A stretch of DNA of 64,000 nt from Octopus sinensis (lineage: Eukaryota). The first letter of the stretch is position 1. Every line of letters starts with the position of its first letter. The notes under the pieces were generated by a model. It saw nothing but the letters and a program-made list of their open reading frames with translations, had not been told where the DNA came from and did not search any database. This document shows positions 48,383 to 60,765 of this stretch, piece by piece. Location of the stretch: positions 15,376,001-15,440,000 of the forward strand of contig NC_043000.1 of NCBI RefSeq assembly GCF_006345805.1, read 5' to 3'. The position numbers and the translations under genes are program-made.

Positions 48383-48983
48383 TCATCATCATCATCATCA
48401 TCATCATTTAACGTCCGTTCTCCATGCTAGCATGGGTTGGACGGTTCGACCAGGGATCTGGGAAGCCAAAAGGCTGCACCAGGCTCCGGTCTTATCTGGC
48501 AATGTTTCTACAGCTGGATGCCCTTCTTAACGCCAACCACTCCGTGAGTGTAGTGGGTGCTTTTTACGTGCCACCTGCACTGGTGCCAGGCAAGGCTGGC
48601 AACGGCCATGGTCGGATTGGTGTATTTTACGTGCCACCGACACGGAAGCTAGTCGAGGCGGCGCTGGCATCAGCCACGATTTGGATAGTGCTTTTTACGT
48701 ATCTCCAGTCCAGGGGTCCTGGCATCTGCCGGGTGCCAGTCATAGGATTGGTTCAATTTCGATTTCGATTTCACTTGCCCCAACAGGTCTTCGCATAGGT
48801 GCCTGTCGTTGGATGAGGTTCAATATCGACTTCGCTTGCCTCAACAAGTCTTTGTGTGTCCAAGGGAGGAAAGGCATGCATAAGTGGGCTGGACTCACTT
48901 GTCCTGCCTGGTCTTTTCACGCACAGCATATTTCCAAAGGTCTTGGTTGCTAGTCATTTCCTCAGTGAGAGCTAAAGTTCGAA
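48383..48983 (-). mobile_element. RTE LINE 3' end including the ORF C-terminus, inserted in a family O SINE
   Basis: Minus strand reads RTLALTEEMTSNQDLWKYAVREKTRQDK then TGA at 48897-48895, followed by the 3'UTR and (GAT)n tail. Host SINE head at 48263-48345, second half at about 49020-49160. Confidence 0.82.
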
Positions 48984-49164
48984 ATGTATGTATGTGTGTG
49001 TGTATATGTTTGTGTGTCTTTGTTTGTCCCCCCAGTATCGCTTGACAACTGATGCTGGTGTGTTACGCCCCCGTCCTGGGGTTGATTTGCTCGACTAAAG
49101 GCGGTGCTCTAGCATGGCCACATTAAAATGAGTGAAACAAGTAAAAGAGAAAAGAGTAAACCAC

Positions 49165-49215
<51 letters not shown>

Positions 49216-50495
49216 CTAAGAATGACCCCTGGTTTACCATCCCTGCAAGAAGTGCAAAGGTTGTTTTGACTGGTATGTCATACATATTGAGAAGAGCATT
49301 GTCACTGTGAAAAAGGTCACCAGTATATAAATAATTTTTTTCCTACATAATTTCATTTGATTTTCTAAATGAAAAATTTGGTGTGTTTTTTTTTTTAAAT
49401 AGCCTCCCAATGTATACAGTGAATTTGCTTGCTCTAGATGTTGGGAAGACACTCAGTAAGAAAGGGAAACAAAATTGAAAGGAAAAAATCTCAAAAATGA
49501 TAACAAAAATGGTCCAAAATTTTGGCACAAGGCAAGCAGTTTGGTGGAGAGGAGGACAAGTTGATTAAATGAACTCCAGTGTGTAACTGGTACTGATTTT
49601 ATTGACCTGAATGTATGAAACGGAAAGTCAACTTCAGGGAATTTTAACTCTGAACAAAGAGATAGACAAAATGCCAGTAGGCTACTTGCCCAGTGTGGTA
49701 ATGATTTTGCCAGCTCACCGCCTTAACAATAATAATAATGATAATAGTAATAATAATAATAATAATAATAATAGTCCTTTCTACTAAAGGCACAAGGCCT
49801 GAAATTTTGTGGGTGGGGACTAGTCGATTACATCGACTTCAGTATTTCACTGGTACTTATTTTATCGACCCTGGAAGGACGAAAGATAAAGTTGACCCTG
49901 GCAGTATTTGAACTCAGAAGCATGTGGTTCATAAGCAAGCTACTTACCACACAGCCACTCCTACGCCTATATAACAACAATAAAGGAAACAGTATGGTAA
50001 TCATGACTTTTGGAATGTTTTTTTTTTTTACACTCAGATCATTTGAAACATGAAACAAATTATTCATGTCAAGTGTTAATTGTAAGAACTCAGTGCCATT
50101 CAAAAATTCGATATTTCCTGTAAACACTTCCGCACATGTGTAATACAATAATGGTGATGTTCTTAACTGTTATATGGGAATGTAAATATGTTTGCGAATT
50201 GTTTTTGTTACAGGTTATTCTGTGTTCTGAACACTACTCTTGACCAATTTAAATATGCATTCTTTTCCTCTTAATGGTTCCTTAATGTTTTTTTTTTTCC
50301 ATGTTGGATTTACATGGAGTTCTAATCATTAGGTCGTCTCATTTGAAATAGCAACTTTTCAATACACACACAGACACTACCGCTCCATTGGTTATGGCGA
50401 TGAATGTTTTTGTTGGTCCTGTCAATGGAACAACTGGCTCATGCAATTAACGTTCAAGAGCTAAGCATTCCACAGACATGCGAGCCCTTAACATA

Positions 50496-51015
50496 CCATA
50501 AATCCTCGAGTATTATCTGCACATTTTTCCCAAAATTTAAAGGTCAAAATCCCTAGTGTGTACTATATACGAGGTTAAAAAGGAAAAATATTTTCTAAGC
50601 AATGTCCGAGTCTCTATTTGCTGTCCTGCAATGTTTATTCAGACTCATTTTGTGATGTCGGATGCGAAAATACCTAAAGCTAAGCCTGAAAGCAATGAAG
50701 TCATAAAAAAATCATCCATAACTTGCAGTAAGCAACATTTATTAAAATAAAAGTATTCAGAACAAAGAATAACATGTAACAAAAACAATTTGCAAACATT
50801 TACATTCCCATATAACAGTTAAGAACATCACCATTATTGTATTACACATGCACGGAAGTGTTTGTTCGACTAGGTGCTGCTGGCTTAATTATACACGACT
50901 CAAGTTAGAGAAGGGGTGTGTATTATACACTAGGTTTAGGTTTTTCAGAGGTACAGCCCCCTAAAAATACCCTGCGTATTATACTCAAGGGCGGACTATA
51001 CTCGAGGATTTACGG
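50496..51015 (-). mobile_element. Tc1/mariner (pogo-like) MITE
   Basis: TA-CCATAAATCCTCGAGTAT ... ATACTCGAGGATTTACGG-TA; splits a family C SINE fragment at a TA. Confidence 0.85.
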
Positions 51016-51229
51016 TAGTTCTCAGAGAGATTCAGTGTAACACAGAATGTGGCAAGGCTGGCTCTTTGAAATACAGGTACAACACATTTTTGTTGGCTGA
51101 GTGGACTGGAGTAATGTGAACTAAAGTGACTTGCTGAAGGACACAACAGGGATTGCTAGGGATTGAACTCATGACCTTATGATTATGATACAAATACACT
51201 AATCACTGAGCCACACATCTTCATCACAC

Positions 51230-51480
51230 ACACATGCACACACAAACATACACAACATACACACGCAAACATACAGATACATACACACAGACACACACAG
51301 AAACACATACAAACTCACACACACATGCACACGCACACACACACATGCACACGCACACACACACATGCACACACAAACATACACACACATACATACACAA
51401 ACATACACACATACACATACATACACAAACACACAAACACACACACACATGCATGCACACACACACACACACACACAAAC
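51230..51480. repeat. (CA)n-rich compound microsatellite
   Basis: Read directly from the sequence. Confidence 0.95.
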
Positions 51481-52152
51481 TCCACTGTGACTTTCCAAAC
51501 CCTTTCAGGGTTGATAAATATTTGTATCTGCATACATACTAAATACTATTGTTGCTTAGTCCCATGTGAACATGTCCTTAACTTTTTAAGATCGTAGAAT
51601 GTGATTCAAGAGTGATTCAGCTACTATTTCTAGCAGGTCAAATAACAACACAAAGGTTTGTGTGTTAGCTTATGCTTTTCTTTTTTTTTTTTTCTGTAAC
51701 CAAAACAGATGTTTGTATTTTATGTTCTCAGATGTTCTCTTGTGAAAAGAGATATAACAAATTTGACATGTGCAACTGTTATTTGTTTTAGTGTCAGGTG
51801 TCTTAGTGGTTGATGTAGGTTTTGAGATATTATATCTGAGGAGTGGTAGAAAGCAGCTACGCATACATATTTCAGGCTTTAGGAAGTTCATGTAAATACA
51901 GGTTAAAAAGAATTGGTGGGAGGACATGTTCTTGCAGTACTCCACTCAATAAAAACTGCAGATTCTTGATATACTATAGCTAGGAGTGGCTGTGTGGTAA
52001 GTAGCTTGCTTACCAGCCTCATGGTTCCGGGTTCAGTCCCACTGTGTGGCACCTTGGGCAAGTGTCTTCTACTATAGCCTCGGGCCAACCAAAGCCTTGT
52101 GAGTGGATTTGGTAGAGAGAAACTGAAAGAAGCCCGTCATATACATACATAT

Positions 52153-52219
<67 letters not shown>

Positions 52220-52222
<3 letters not shown>

Positions 52223-52827
52223 TTGCAGCCAAAATGTTCAGAACAGCATTGTTTTCGTCAGAAAAGTAGATATAATTTTTTATCAAAGTTGTTTTATATT
52301 CTATAATTTTCACAGACAATAAATACGATATTATGGATTGGCCAGCCCAAAGCCCAGATCTCAATCCTATTGAAAATGTGTGGAATATTCTAGGAGAACG
52401 TTCGAAAGCCAGAAATCCTAAAACAACTGAGCAATTATGGAAGGCCCTTCAAGAAGAATGGAATAAGATCACCCAGCAAGAAATTGAAAATTTAATTTCC
52501 TCATGCAGTCGAAGATGTCAGAGTGTGATTGAAGCTAAAGGGCTTCACACTAAATATTAAATAATTCCAGTATTCTCTGTCATTTTTGATTATTTTGTTA
52601 TTTTTTCAACCGTTCTGATAATTTTGGCCGCCATGGGTTTTGCAGTAAATCACTAAATCATCCATAACTTTTGTATTATCCTCTCAAATTACACCAAAAT
52701 CTCAGACAACAATTAATATCGTATTTATTGTCTGTGAAAATTATAGAATATAAAACAACTTTGATAAAAACTTATACCTACTTTTCTGACGAAAACAATG
52801 CCGTTCTGAACATTTTGGCCGCAACTG
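52220..52827 (+). mobile_element. Internally deleted Tc1 transposon
   Basis: 113-bp inverted ends CAGTTGCAGCC.../...GGCCGCAACTG with TA flanks. 52333-52560 encodes WPAQSPDLNPIENVW...KGLHTKY, the Tc1 transposase C-terminus. Confidence 0.95.
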
Positions 52828-53399
52828 TATATATCATCAAAGGTGCATGCACAGTACATAGAATTATGTACAAAAGTCAGGGAAGTGAACAGTGTATGAA
52901 TCATAATATACATGTGTGCATGTGTATGGAGAGGGGATATCAGGTGTAGTGTTGGCGAATTTCAGGAAATTTTATGGAAAATATTTAGGTAAGCCTTTTT
53001 TCAGTGCGTTTATTTTTTTTAACTGATTGCAATTGTATGAGTCTTGTGAATGTTGTTTGCATTGCCCGTTGATGGACAAGTGACTACGTGAGAGTTGTTT
53101 GACAACATTTGGACAAATAGAAATTAAAGCAAATTGCCAACACAATAATCATTATAGAATTTGATTTGTACAAGTTTATACATGATACAATTGGGATACA
53201 ATTGGGATGACAACAGGCATCAATAGGATATCAGTGACGAAATAAGATGCAGATGCTGAAACTGAATCAAGCACATCCTCAGACAAGCTTGAGAAAGCCA
53301 TTGTATGGTGTCACTAAAGTGGCAACCTGAAGGGAAAAGAGCAGCAGGGTGCTTTTAAGTTGCATGCTTTGAGAAGAAGACCCATCAAGCCAAGTAAAA

Positions 53400-53660
53400 T
53401 CACAGTCATGGCAGATACCAGTGTCATGCAAATGGCACCTGTGCCGGTGGCACGTGAAAGCACCCATTACATTCTCAAAGTGATTGGCATTAAGAAGGGC
53501 ACCCGGCTGTAGAAACCATGCCGAATAAGACTGGAGTCTGGTGCAGCCTTCCATCTTGCCAGCCTGGTCAAGCCTTCTAACCCTGCTAGCATGGACAACG
53601 GACATTAAATGATGATGGCGACGACGACGACAACGATGATGATGATGATGATGATGATCA
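53400..53660 (+). mobile_element. RTE LINE 3'UTR
   Basis: GGTGGCACGTGAAAGCACC ... ATTAAATGATGATG. Confidence 0.75.
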
Positions 53661-54324
53661 TGATCATGATATACATGTCTGAAAATTTTAAAACTCTAGT
53701 ACTATTATAAAGAAGATCAGAGAGTATCCAGAAGTGTTTTTTTTTCTTAATTATTTAATTATAATAGTCTGAGTGCTCTTCTTTGTGAAGTTTTAATCTT
53801 ACTTCAATGATGACTCCACAAGATAATACAATGGTTTTAAGATCAGTGATTCCTAACATGGGGCATATGCCACACCAGTAGGGCCTAGGAAAAATTGTGG
53901 CAGGGCATGGTGTGATAGTCTCCAGACACAAGATAACCATCACAATTGTTTGAGGCATATTGGGTGAGTGAAGTTAAGGTGCTGGATTGCAAAACAAAAG
54001 GTCATATGATTAGTTCTTACTACTGCCATTGTATTGACCCTGTTCCCTCTGACCAAGGTATCAAACCTTGTTTGTTTCGGTTTGACTAATCATTTCCAAC
54101 TTCACAGTTGAGTGAATAGTGCTAAGAATGGTCTCTAACTGTAAAATGCAATTATCTAAAGTAAACCAATGTTGTCAACTTTGTAAAGTGGTTGGCATTA
54201 GGAAGGTCATCAAGCCATAGAAACCATTCCAAAGACCATTACAGTGGAGCTAGTTGTGGTCCTCTGGCTTTGCCAACTCCTGTTGAACCATCCAACTCAT
54301 GACAGCATGGAAAATAGACATTAA

Positions 54325-54576
54325 ATGATGATGATGATGATGATGATGGTGATGGTGATGGTGATGATGATATGATGATGATGATGTGATGATGTGATGA
54401 TGGTGATGGTGGTGGTGGTGGTGGTGATGATGATGATGATGATGATGATGATGGTGATGGTGATGATGGTGATGATGATGATGATGATGATGATGGTGAT
54501 GATGGTGATGATGATGTGATGATGGTGGTGGTGGTGGTGCTGGTGATGATGATGATGGCAATGATGACAATGACGG

Positions 54577-54608
<32 letters not shown>
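54325..54608. repeat. (GAT/GGT)n trinucleotide tract (expanded RTE tail)
   Basis: Directly follows an RTE 3'UTR at 54180-54330. Confidence 0.92.
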
Positions 54609-55113
54609 TAAGCAAAAGGGAAAATGGATGTAAGAAAAAAAATGAGAATTCCTGAAAGTAGGTGATTTTTCTAATGGCAAAAACACACCACTTCTTCATT
54701 ACAACCCTGCTCGACCTACTTACTCTATACACCCCTAGGGGCATTCTAAAGGTAAGTAGTTTTTCAACATGAAGAGTTGTATGTAAGTTTATTGCACAGA
54801 TATTTATATTGAGTAAATAAACACCTCAAAGGAGTGTCAAATTTAACCTACCTCTTTTTTTACTAGCTACATCGTTATCATTATTTGATGTGTTTAACAC
54901 TTTCATTATTATATTTCTGTCTTTGTTTTAATTAATTCTGAAAATAATGAAGAAAACTAAACTGGTATTTGGATCAAACCAACATGAAATTTTGATAGGT
55001 AGGTTTTAATTAAGATCATTTTAAATGGGAAGTTTATGTCATAGAACCAGGTGCAGTCTCAGGCAGGTTGGTATCAAAAGGGTTGTATTTTTTTTAATCT
55101 CCATATTGAAATG

Positions 55114-55266
55114 CATCATCATCATCATCATCAACAACAACATACCATCATCATGATCATCATGATCATCATCATCGTCGTCGTCGTTGTCATCATCATC
55201 ATCATCATGATCATCGTCGTCGTCGTCATCGTCATCGTCGCCATCGTCATCATCATCATCATCATC
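55114..55266. repeat. (CAT/CGT)n trinucleotide tract
   Basis: Read directly from the sequence. Confidence 0.92.
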
Positions 55267-55624
55267 TGTCTCATGTATAACATTTTGCTTCTTACCTTGT
55301 CCCTTTGCCCTTTGTAGGCTAACCTATTTAACCTTCATTCTCATGTTTAGCCTCCATTCTCATATCCGATCTCATTGTTTCAGTCAAACACCTTTCTTGA
55401 CTTTTCTTTATCACAGGTGCCTTGAGCCATTGAAGGAGTCCATATGTAAACACTCAGCATGCTAGAAATAGCACTTTGAACCACACCCTAGTGTCTTATA
55501 AAATGATGGACAGATTTGAAAATGGGGTCTTTATTCACTCTGTCTGTGAAAAAACATGGAATGACTACAACCAGGTGTCTTTGATCATATGTCTCTTTGA
55601 TCAGAACTGATCTATGGCTAAATA

Positions 55625-56135
55625 CCATAAATCCTCGAGTATAGTCCGCCCTTGAGTATAATATGCAAGGGATTTTTAGGGGGCTGTACCTCTGAAAAAC
55701 CTAAACCTCGTGTATAATATGCACCCCTTCTCTAACTTGAGTCAAGGAGGTCTATATAACGTCCTTGGTTTGTAAAAATGTATACGGTAATGTCCTTTAT
55801 TATTATTGTATATATAACATAATGCAAATGTGTAGCTTTTTTGTGCATTTTGTTTGCACAAAATAAAGAAATAACAGTAATAACGTTTAATAAATGTTGC
55901 TTACTGCAAGTTATGGATGATTCTTTTATGACTTCATAGCTTTCAGGCTTAGCTTAAGGTATTTTCGCATCTGACATCACAAAATGCATTTGAATAAACA
56001 TTGCTGGACAGCAAATAGAAACTCGGACATTGCTTAGAAAATGATCTTCATTTTTAACCTCGTATATAGTACGCACTAGGGATTTTGACCTTTAAATTTT
56101 TGGAAAAAATGCGGATTATACTCGAGGATTTACAG
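55625..56135 (+). mobile_element. Tc1/mariner (pogo-like) MITE
   Basis: TA-CCATAAATCCTCGAGTATA ... TATACTCGAGGATTTACAG-TA; same family as 50496-51015. Confidence 0.85.
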
Positions 56136-56281
56136 TAAGCAACAACTGAAGTACTTCGTACATTTTAAATCGAGCACTAAATGTTTATTCATACACCACA
56201 TACAGCAAAACTGTGTCTCATCTGCATACACCAGTTGATGGCTTTAATTCCCAGCAGTTCCCATTGCTCAACTTGTGTTCT

Positions 56282-56950
56282 TATTTCTTTACTGCCCACA
56301 AGGGGCTAAACACAAAGGGGACAAAGAAGGACAGAAACGGATTAAGTTGATTATATTGATCTCAGTGCACAACTGGTACTTTATTTAATCGACCCCGAAA
56401 GGATGAAAGGCAAAGTCGACCTCGGCGGAATTTGAACTCAGAACATAGCAGCAGACGAAATAACTATTTCTTTACTACCCACAAGGGGCTAAACACAGAG
56501 ACGAACGGATTAAGTCGATTACATCGGCCCCAGTGCGTAACTGGTACTTAATTTTATCGACCCCGAAAGGATGAAAGGTAAAGTCGACCTCGGCGTTATT
56601 TGAACTCAGAATGTAGCGGCAGACGAAATACCTATTTCTTTACTACCCCGAAAGGATGAAAGGCAAAGTCGACCTCGGTGGAATTTGAACTTAGAACGTA
56701 GCAGCAGATGAAATACTTATTTCTTTACTACCCATAAGGGGCTAAACACAGAGAGGACAAACAAGGACAGACAAAGGGATTAAGTCGATTACATCGACCC
56801 CAGTGCGTAACTGGTACTTATTTAATCGACCCCGAAAGGATGAAAGGCAAAGTTGACCTCGGCGGAATTTGAACTCAGAACGTAGCGGCAGACAAAAGAC
56901 CGCTTAGCATTTCGCCCAGCACGCAAACGATTCTGCCAGCTCGCCGCCTT
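56282..56950 (-). mobile_element. SINE family M head-to-tail tetramer
   Basis: Four B-box/core units behind a single head. Confidence 0.85.
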
Positions 56951-57074
56951 CAGATTATGTCAGCTGAAAATCATTTTTGGCAACCATAAAACCAATGCAC
57001 TTAATAACCTGAAAACATGTGTATTATACCTGTATAAAACTATGGTAGAGTTTCAGTGTTTTGTGATGGCAACA

Positions 57075-57762
57075 TAATAATAATAATAATAATAATAATT
57101 GTGTACAGTGCTCAGGTGCACTACAACTCATCTAAAGTGTATATATAATCAGGTGTAGTTTCGGCGGATTTCGGAAAGCATGAGGGCCTAAAAGATGCAG
57201 TGTCATGGCAGTCAACAACTGACGCAGGCAGTTTATTCCATGCTTCAGCAACTCTGAGCGTGAAAAAATGTTTCCGAAAGTCATGGGAGCTGTATTGTTT
57301 TCTGACTTTGTAGGCATGTCCACGTGTGTTAGACACATGGAGATCAAAAAGGTGTTCAGTGTTGTTGTTGGTGAGGTGGTTGATAACTTTGTGGGTGTTT
57401 ACCAAGTCCGTCGCCAAACGCCGGAGCTTCAGTGAATCCATGCCCAGGGAAACAAGGCGCTCAGAATATGGTAGGTGTCTGATGGAGGGTATGCGTTTGG
57501 TTGCACGTCTCTGGACAGATTCCAGGAGGTCAATGTTCTGTGCAAGATAGGGGTTCCAAACTGATGATGCGAATTCCAAGTGTGGTCGTACCATAGCTGT
57601 ATACAGTTTTAAATAGATGGCTGGAGAGCGGCTAACAAAAGACCTGCTGAGTGATGCCAAGACACCCTCGGCCTTCCTGACAATCTTAGAGATATGCTTT
57701 GACCAACGCAAATCACTGCTGACAGTGATGCCTAGGTCACGCTCGCAAGAGGATTTCTTGAT
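57075..57762 (-). mobile_element. 5'-truncated CR1/L2-type LINE
   Basis: ERDLGITVSSDLRWSKHI...LYTAMVRPHLEFASSVWNPY...LESVQRRATK; (ATT)n tail. Confidence 0.93.
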
Positions 57763-58123
57763 AAAAAGAAAGATTTAAGATAAAAATTGCAGTAGATGTC
57801 TGCATTGTATAAACCACTTCAAAAGAATCTGCAGGCTGCTAAATCCATCATTGCTCACTCTCTCCCTATCACAGTTTTGTCTCCCTTGTCTCATTTTTTG
57901 TTTTGTTTTGTGTTGCTTTTGCCCTCTGTCTCAAAATAGAAACTTTTCTGCTTCTCTTTCTTTCTTTTATTTCGTTTTTGAATTTGGTTTGCAAGATTCT
58001 TTATATGAGTTTGTGTGTTGAAGCATATTCTGTTGTGTCTGGGGAGAGTCATTTTCTTTTTGGGCCTTATTATTTAACACACTCACCGGTAAAAATTTCC
58101 ACTTATTTCTTATTTTTATTGTC

Positions 58124-58382
58124 CTAACACACGTGGACATGCCTACAAAGTCAGAAAACAACACAGCTCCCATGACTTTCGGAAACATTTTTTCACGCTC
58201 AGAGTTGCTGAAGCATGGAATAAACTGCCTGCGTCAGTTGTTGACTGCCATGACACTGCATCCTTTAAGGCCCTCATGCTTTCCGAAATCCGCCGAAACT
58301 ACACCTGATTATATATACACTTTAGATGAGTTGTAGTGCACCTGAGCACTGTACACAATTATTATTATTATTATTTATTATT
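58124..58382 (+). mobile_element. CR1/L2-type LINE 3' end
   Basis: Near-identical reverse complement of 57075-57333. Confidence 0.92.
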
Positions 58383-59014
58383 AAAATTTTCGTTGCGTCT
58401 TGCAACCTTTTCAATAGTTTTGACTCTGTCCGTTATTTACACTGCGTTCCCTTTTGTTTGTTTTGTTAATTATTGTTTCTTTCTTTTGTTAATTATTAAG
58501 AAAAAAAAAAAAGCAGAAGAAAGCAGGAAGAAAGTGAACAAGAGAGATAGAGAGAGAGAAGGGGTAAAAGGAGGAAGGATGAAAGAAGGAGAGGAAGAAA
58601 ATAGCCCTTTAAAAAATGTCAGGTGTTAATTTATTGCCATTTGCAGATCTTGTTGTCTTCATCTTTTGCTTGTTTCCCTCATTGGACTGCAGCCATGCTG
58701 GAGCATTGCCCTGAAGGGTTTACTTGATCGATTCAATACCAGTTCTTATTTGTTAGGTCTGGTACATATTTTATCGGTCTCTTTTGCTGAATCTCTAAGT
58801 TGTGGGGGACATAAACAAAGCAACATTGGTTGTCAAATGGTGATAGTGGGGGAGGGTGTCAAACACACACACACACACACACATCCCAGGTTGAGTCAAA
58901 TGCTTTTTGTGGATTTTCACTGATGATTCTTGGTGATTTCTATCTCCGTGTTATATCGTTAATTTAATACAATTTGATGTCCAATCATTGTTGAACAGTT
59001 TATTCTTTATTTTC

Positions 59015-59203
59015 ATAGGCATAGGAGTGGCTGTGTCGTAAGTAGCTTGCTTACCAACCACATGGTTCCGGGTTCAGTCCCACTGTATGGCACCTTGGGC
59101 AAGTGTCTTCTATAGCCTCGGGCTGACCACAGCCTTGTGAGTGGATTTGGTAGACGGAAACTGAAAGAACCTCATCATATATGTATGTGTGTATATATAT
59201 ATA

Positions 59204-59241
<38 letters not shown>

Positions 59242-59487
59242 ATATATGTATGTATATGTGTGTGTGTATATGTTTGTGTCTGTGTTTGTCCCCCCCAACA
59301 TCGCTTGACAACCGATGCTAGTGTGCTTATGTCTCCATAACTTAGCAGTTCGGCAAAAGAGACTGATAGAATAAGTACTAGGCTTACAAAGAATAAGTCC
59401 TTGGGTTGATTTGCTCGACTAAAGGCGGTGTTCCAGCATGGCCGCAGTCAAATGACTGAAACAAGTAAAAGAGTAAAGAGTAAGAGT
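59015..59487 (+). mobile_element. SINE family O
   Basis: Complete bipartite copy. Confidence 0.85.
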
Positions 59488-60194
59488 TTATATATATATA
59501 TATATTATATATATATATATACATACATAACATATAACATTGTTTATTCTTCATTTTACTACTTTGAAAATGAGTGGTGAAAAAGATTGCAGTCTCCCAG
59601 TTTCTACCTATCTTTCACAAGACTTTGATTTGCGGCTAAAGTAGAAGACATTTACCAGAGATGCAGTACAGTGGAATTGAACCAGAGATGGCATGGTTGA
59701 GAAGCAAGCTACTCAACCACACTGCCATGCCTGTAGTGAAGGAAATTTAATTTAAATTCTCATCTTTTTAGGTTTAAGATCAAAGATACTGTAGCCAACA
59801 GAGTATTGATAAACTGGCCGATAGATCGTGTCATGTCAAGTGAGAAAGAAATATTGAAAAATCATAAAAATTTTATGAACTAAAAAATCAAACAAAAGAT
59901 TCAATTGAAAAACAGAAGAGTTCATTGATTTTTGTTCAGCTTTCATTTTTTTAAACAAAATTTTTAATTATTGATCGAATATCAATTTCAATAAACATTT
60001 TTTGAAAATATTTTTCTTTTCCTCAGCTGCTTTTGGTTATGAAAGCAGCTCACATTCAACAATTTAAAATTTCAAAAGCTAAAAGAATAATGGAATTAAG
60101 AGCGTAATGCCAGTTAATGAAATATGCTGACATGGTAAAACTAAGCCAAAGGAATGAGCAGCAAGTAAGATGTGATCCAATCAAGGTGGGACGC

Positions 60195-60765
60195 AAAGGG
60201 TTTGCAGGCCTGTGCTTTTGCAGGGCTTACAACATGCTTCATATCACAGGGGCCAGTTGATGAAAGGCCATCAACTAGGCTGTAGGGGTAAAGGGTTTGC
60301 AGGCCTGTGCTTTTGCAGGGTTTACAACATGCTTCATATCACAGGGGCCAGTTGATGAAAGGCGATAAATTAGGCTGTAGGGGTAAAGGGTTTGCAGGCC
60401 TGTGCTTTTGCAGGGTTTACAATATGCTTCATATCACAGGGGCCAGTTGATGAAAGGCCATCAATTAGGCTGTAGGGGTAAAGGGTTTGCAGGCCTGTGC
60501 TTTTGCAGGGCTTACAACATGCTTCATATCACAGGGGCCAGTTGATGAAAGGCCATCAACTAGGCTGTAGGGGTAAAGGGTTTGCAGGCCTGTGCTTTTG
60601 CAGGGTTTACAATATGCTTCATATCACAGGGGCCAGTTGATGAAAGGCCATCAATTAGGCTGTAGGGGTAAAGGGTTTGCAGGCCTGTGCTTTTGCAGGG
60701 TTTACAACAGGCTTCATATCACAGGGGCCAGTTGATGAAAGGCCATCAAGTAGGTTGTGGGGGTA
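60195..60765. repeat. Minisatellite, 6 x 95 bp
   Basis: AAGGGTTTGC recurs at 60196, 60291, 60386, 60481, 60576 and 60671. Confidence 0.97.

Noticed and set aside
54250-55317. Poly-His/Ser/Ile ORFs
   Set aside because: They come from (GAT)n/(CAT)n tracts derived from retroelement tails; no splice or domain support.
60195-60765. CRISPR array or hammerhead retrozyme
   Set aside because: There are no unique spacers and the context is eukaryotic. TTGATGAAA is not a CUGANGA...GAAA core, and neither strand gives a hammerhead fold.
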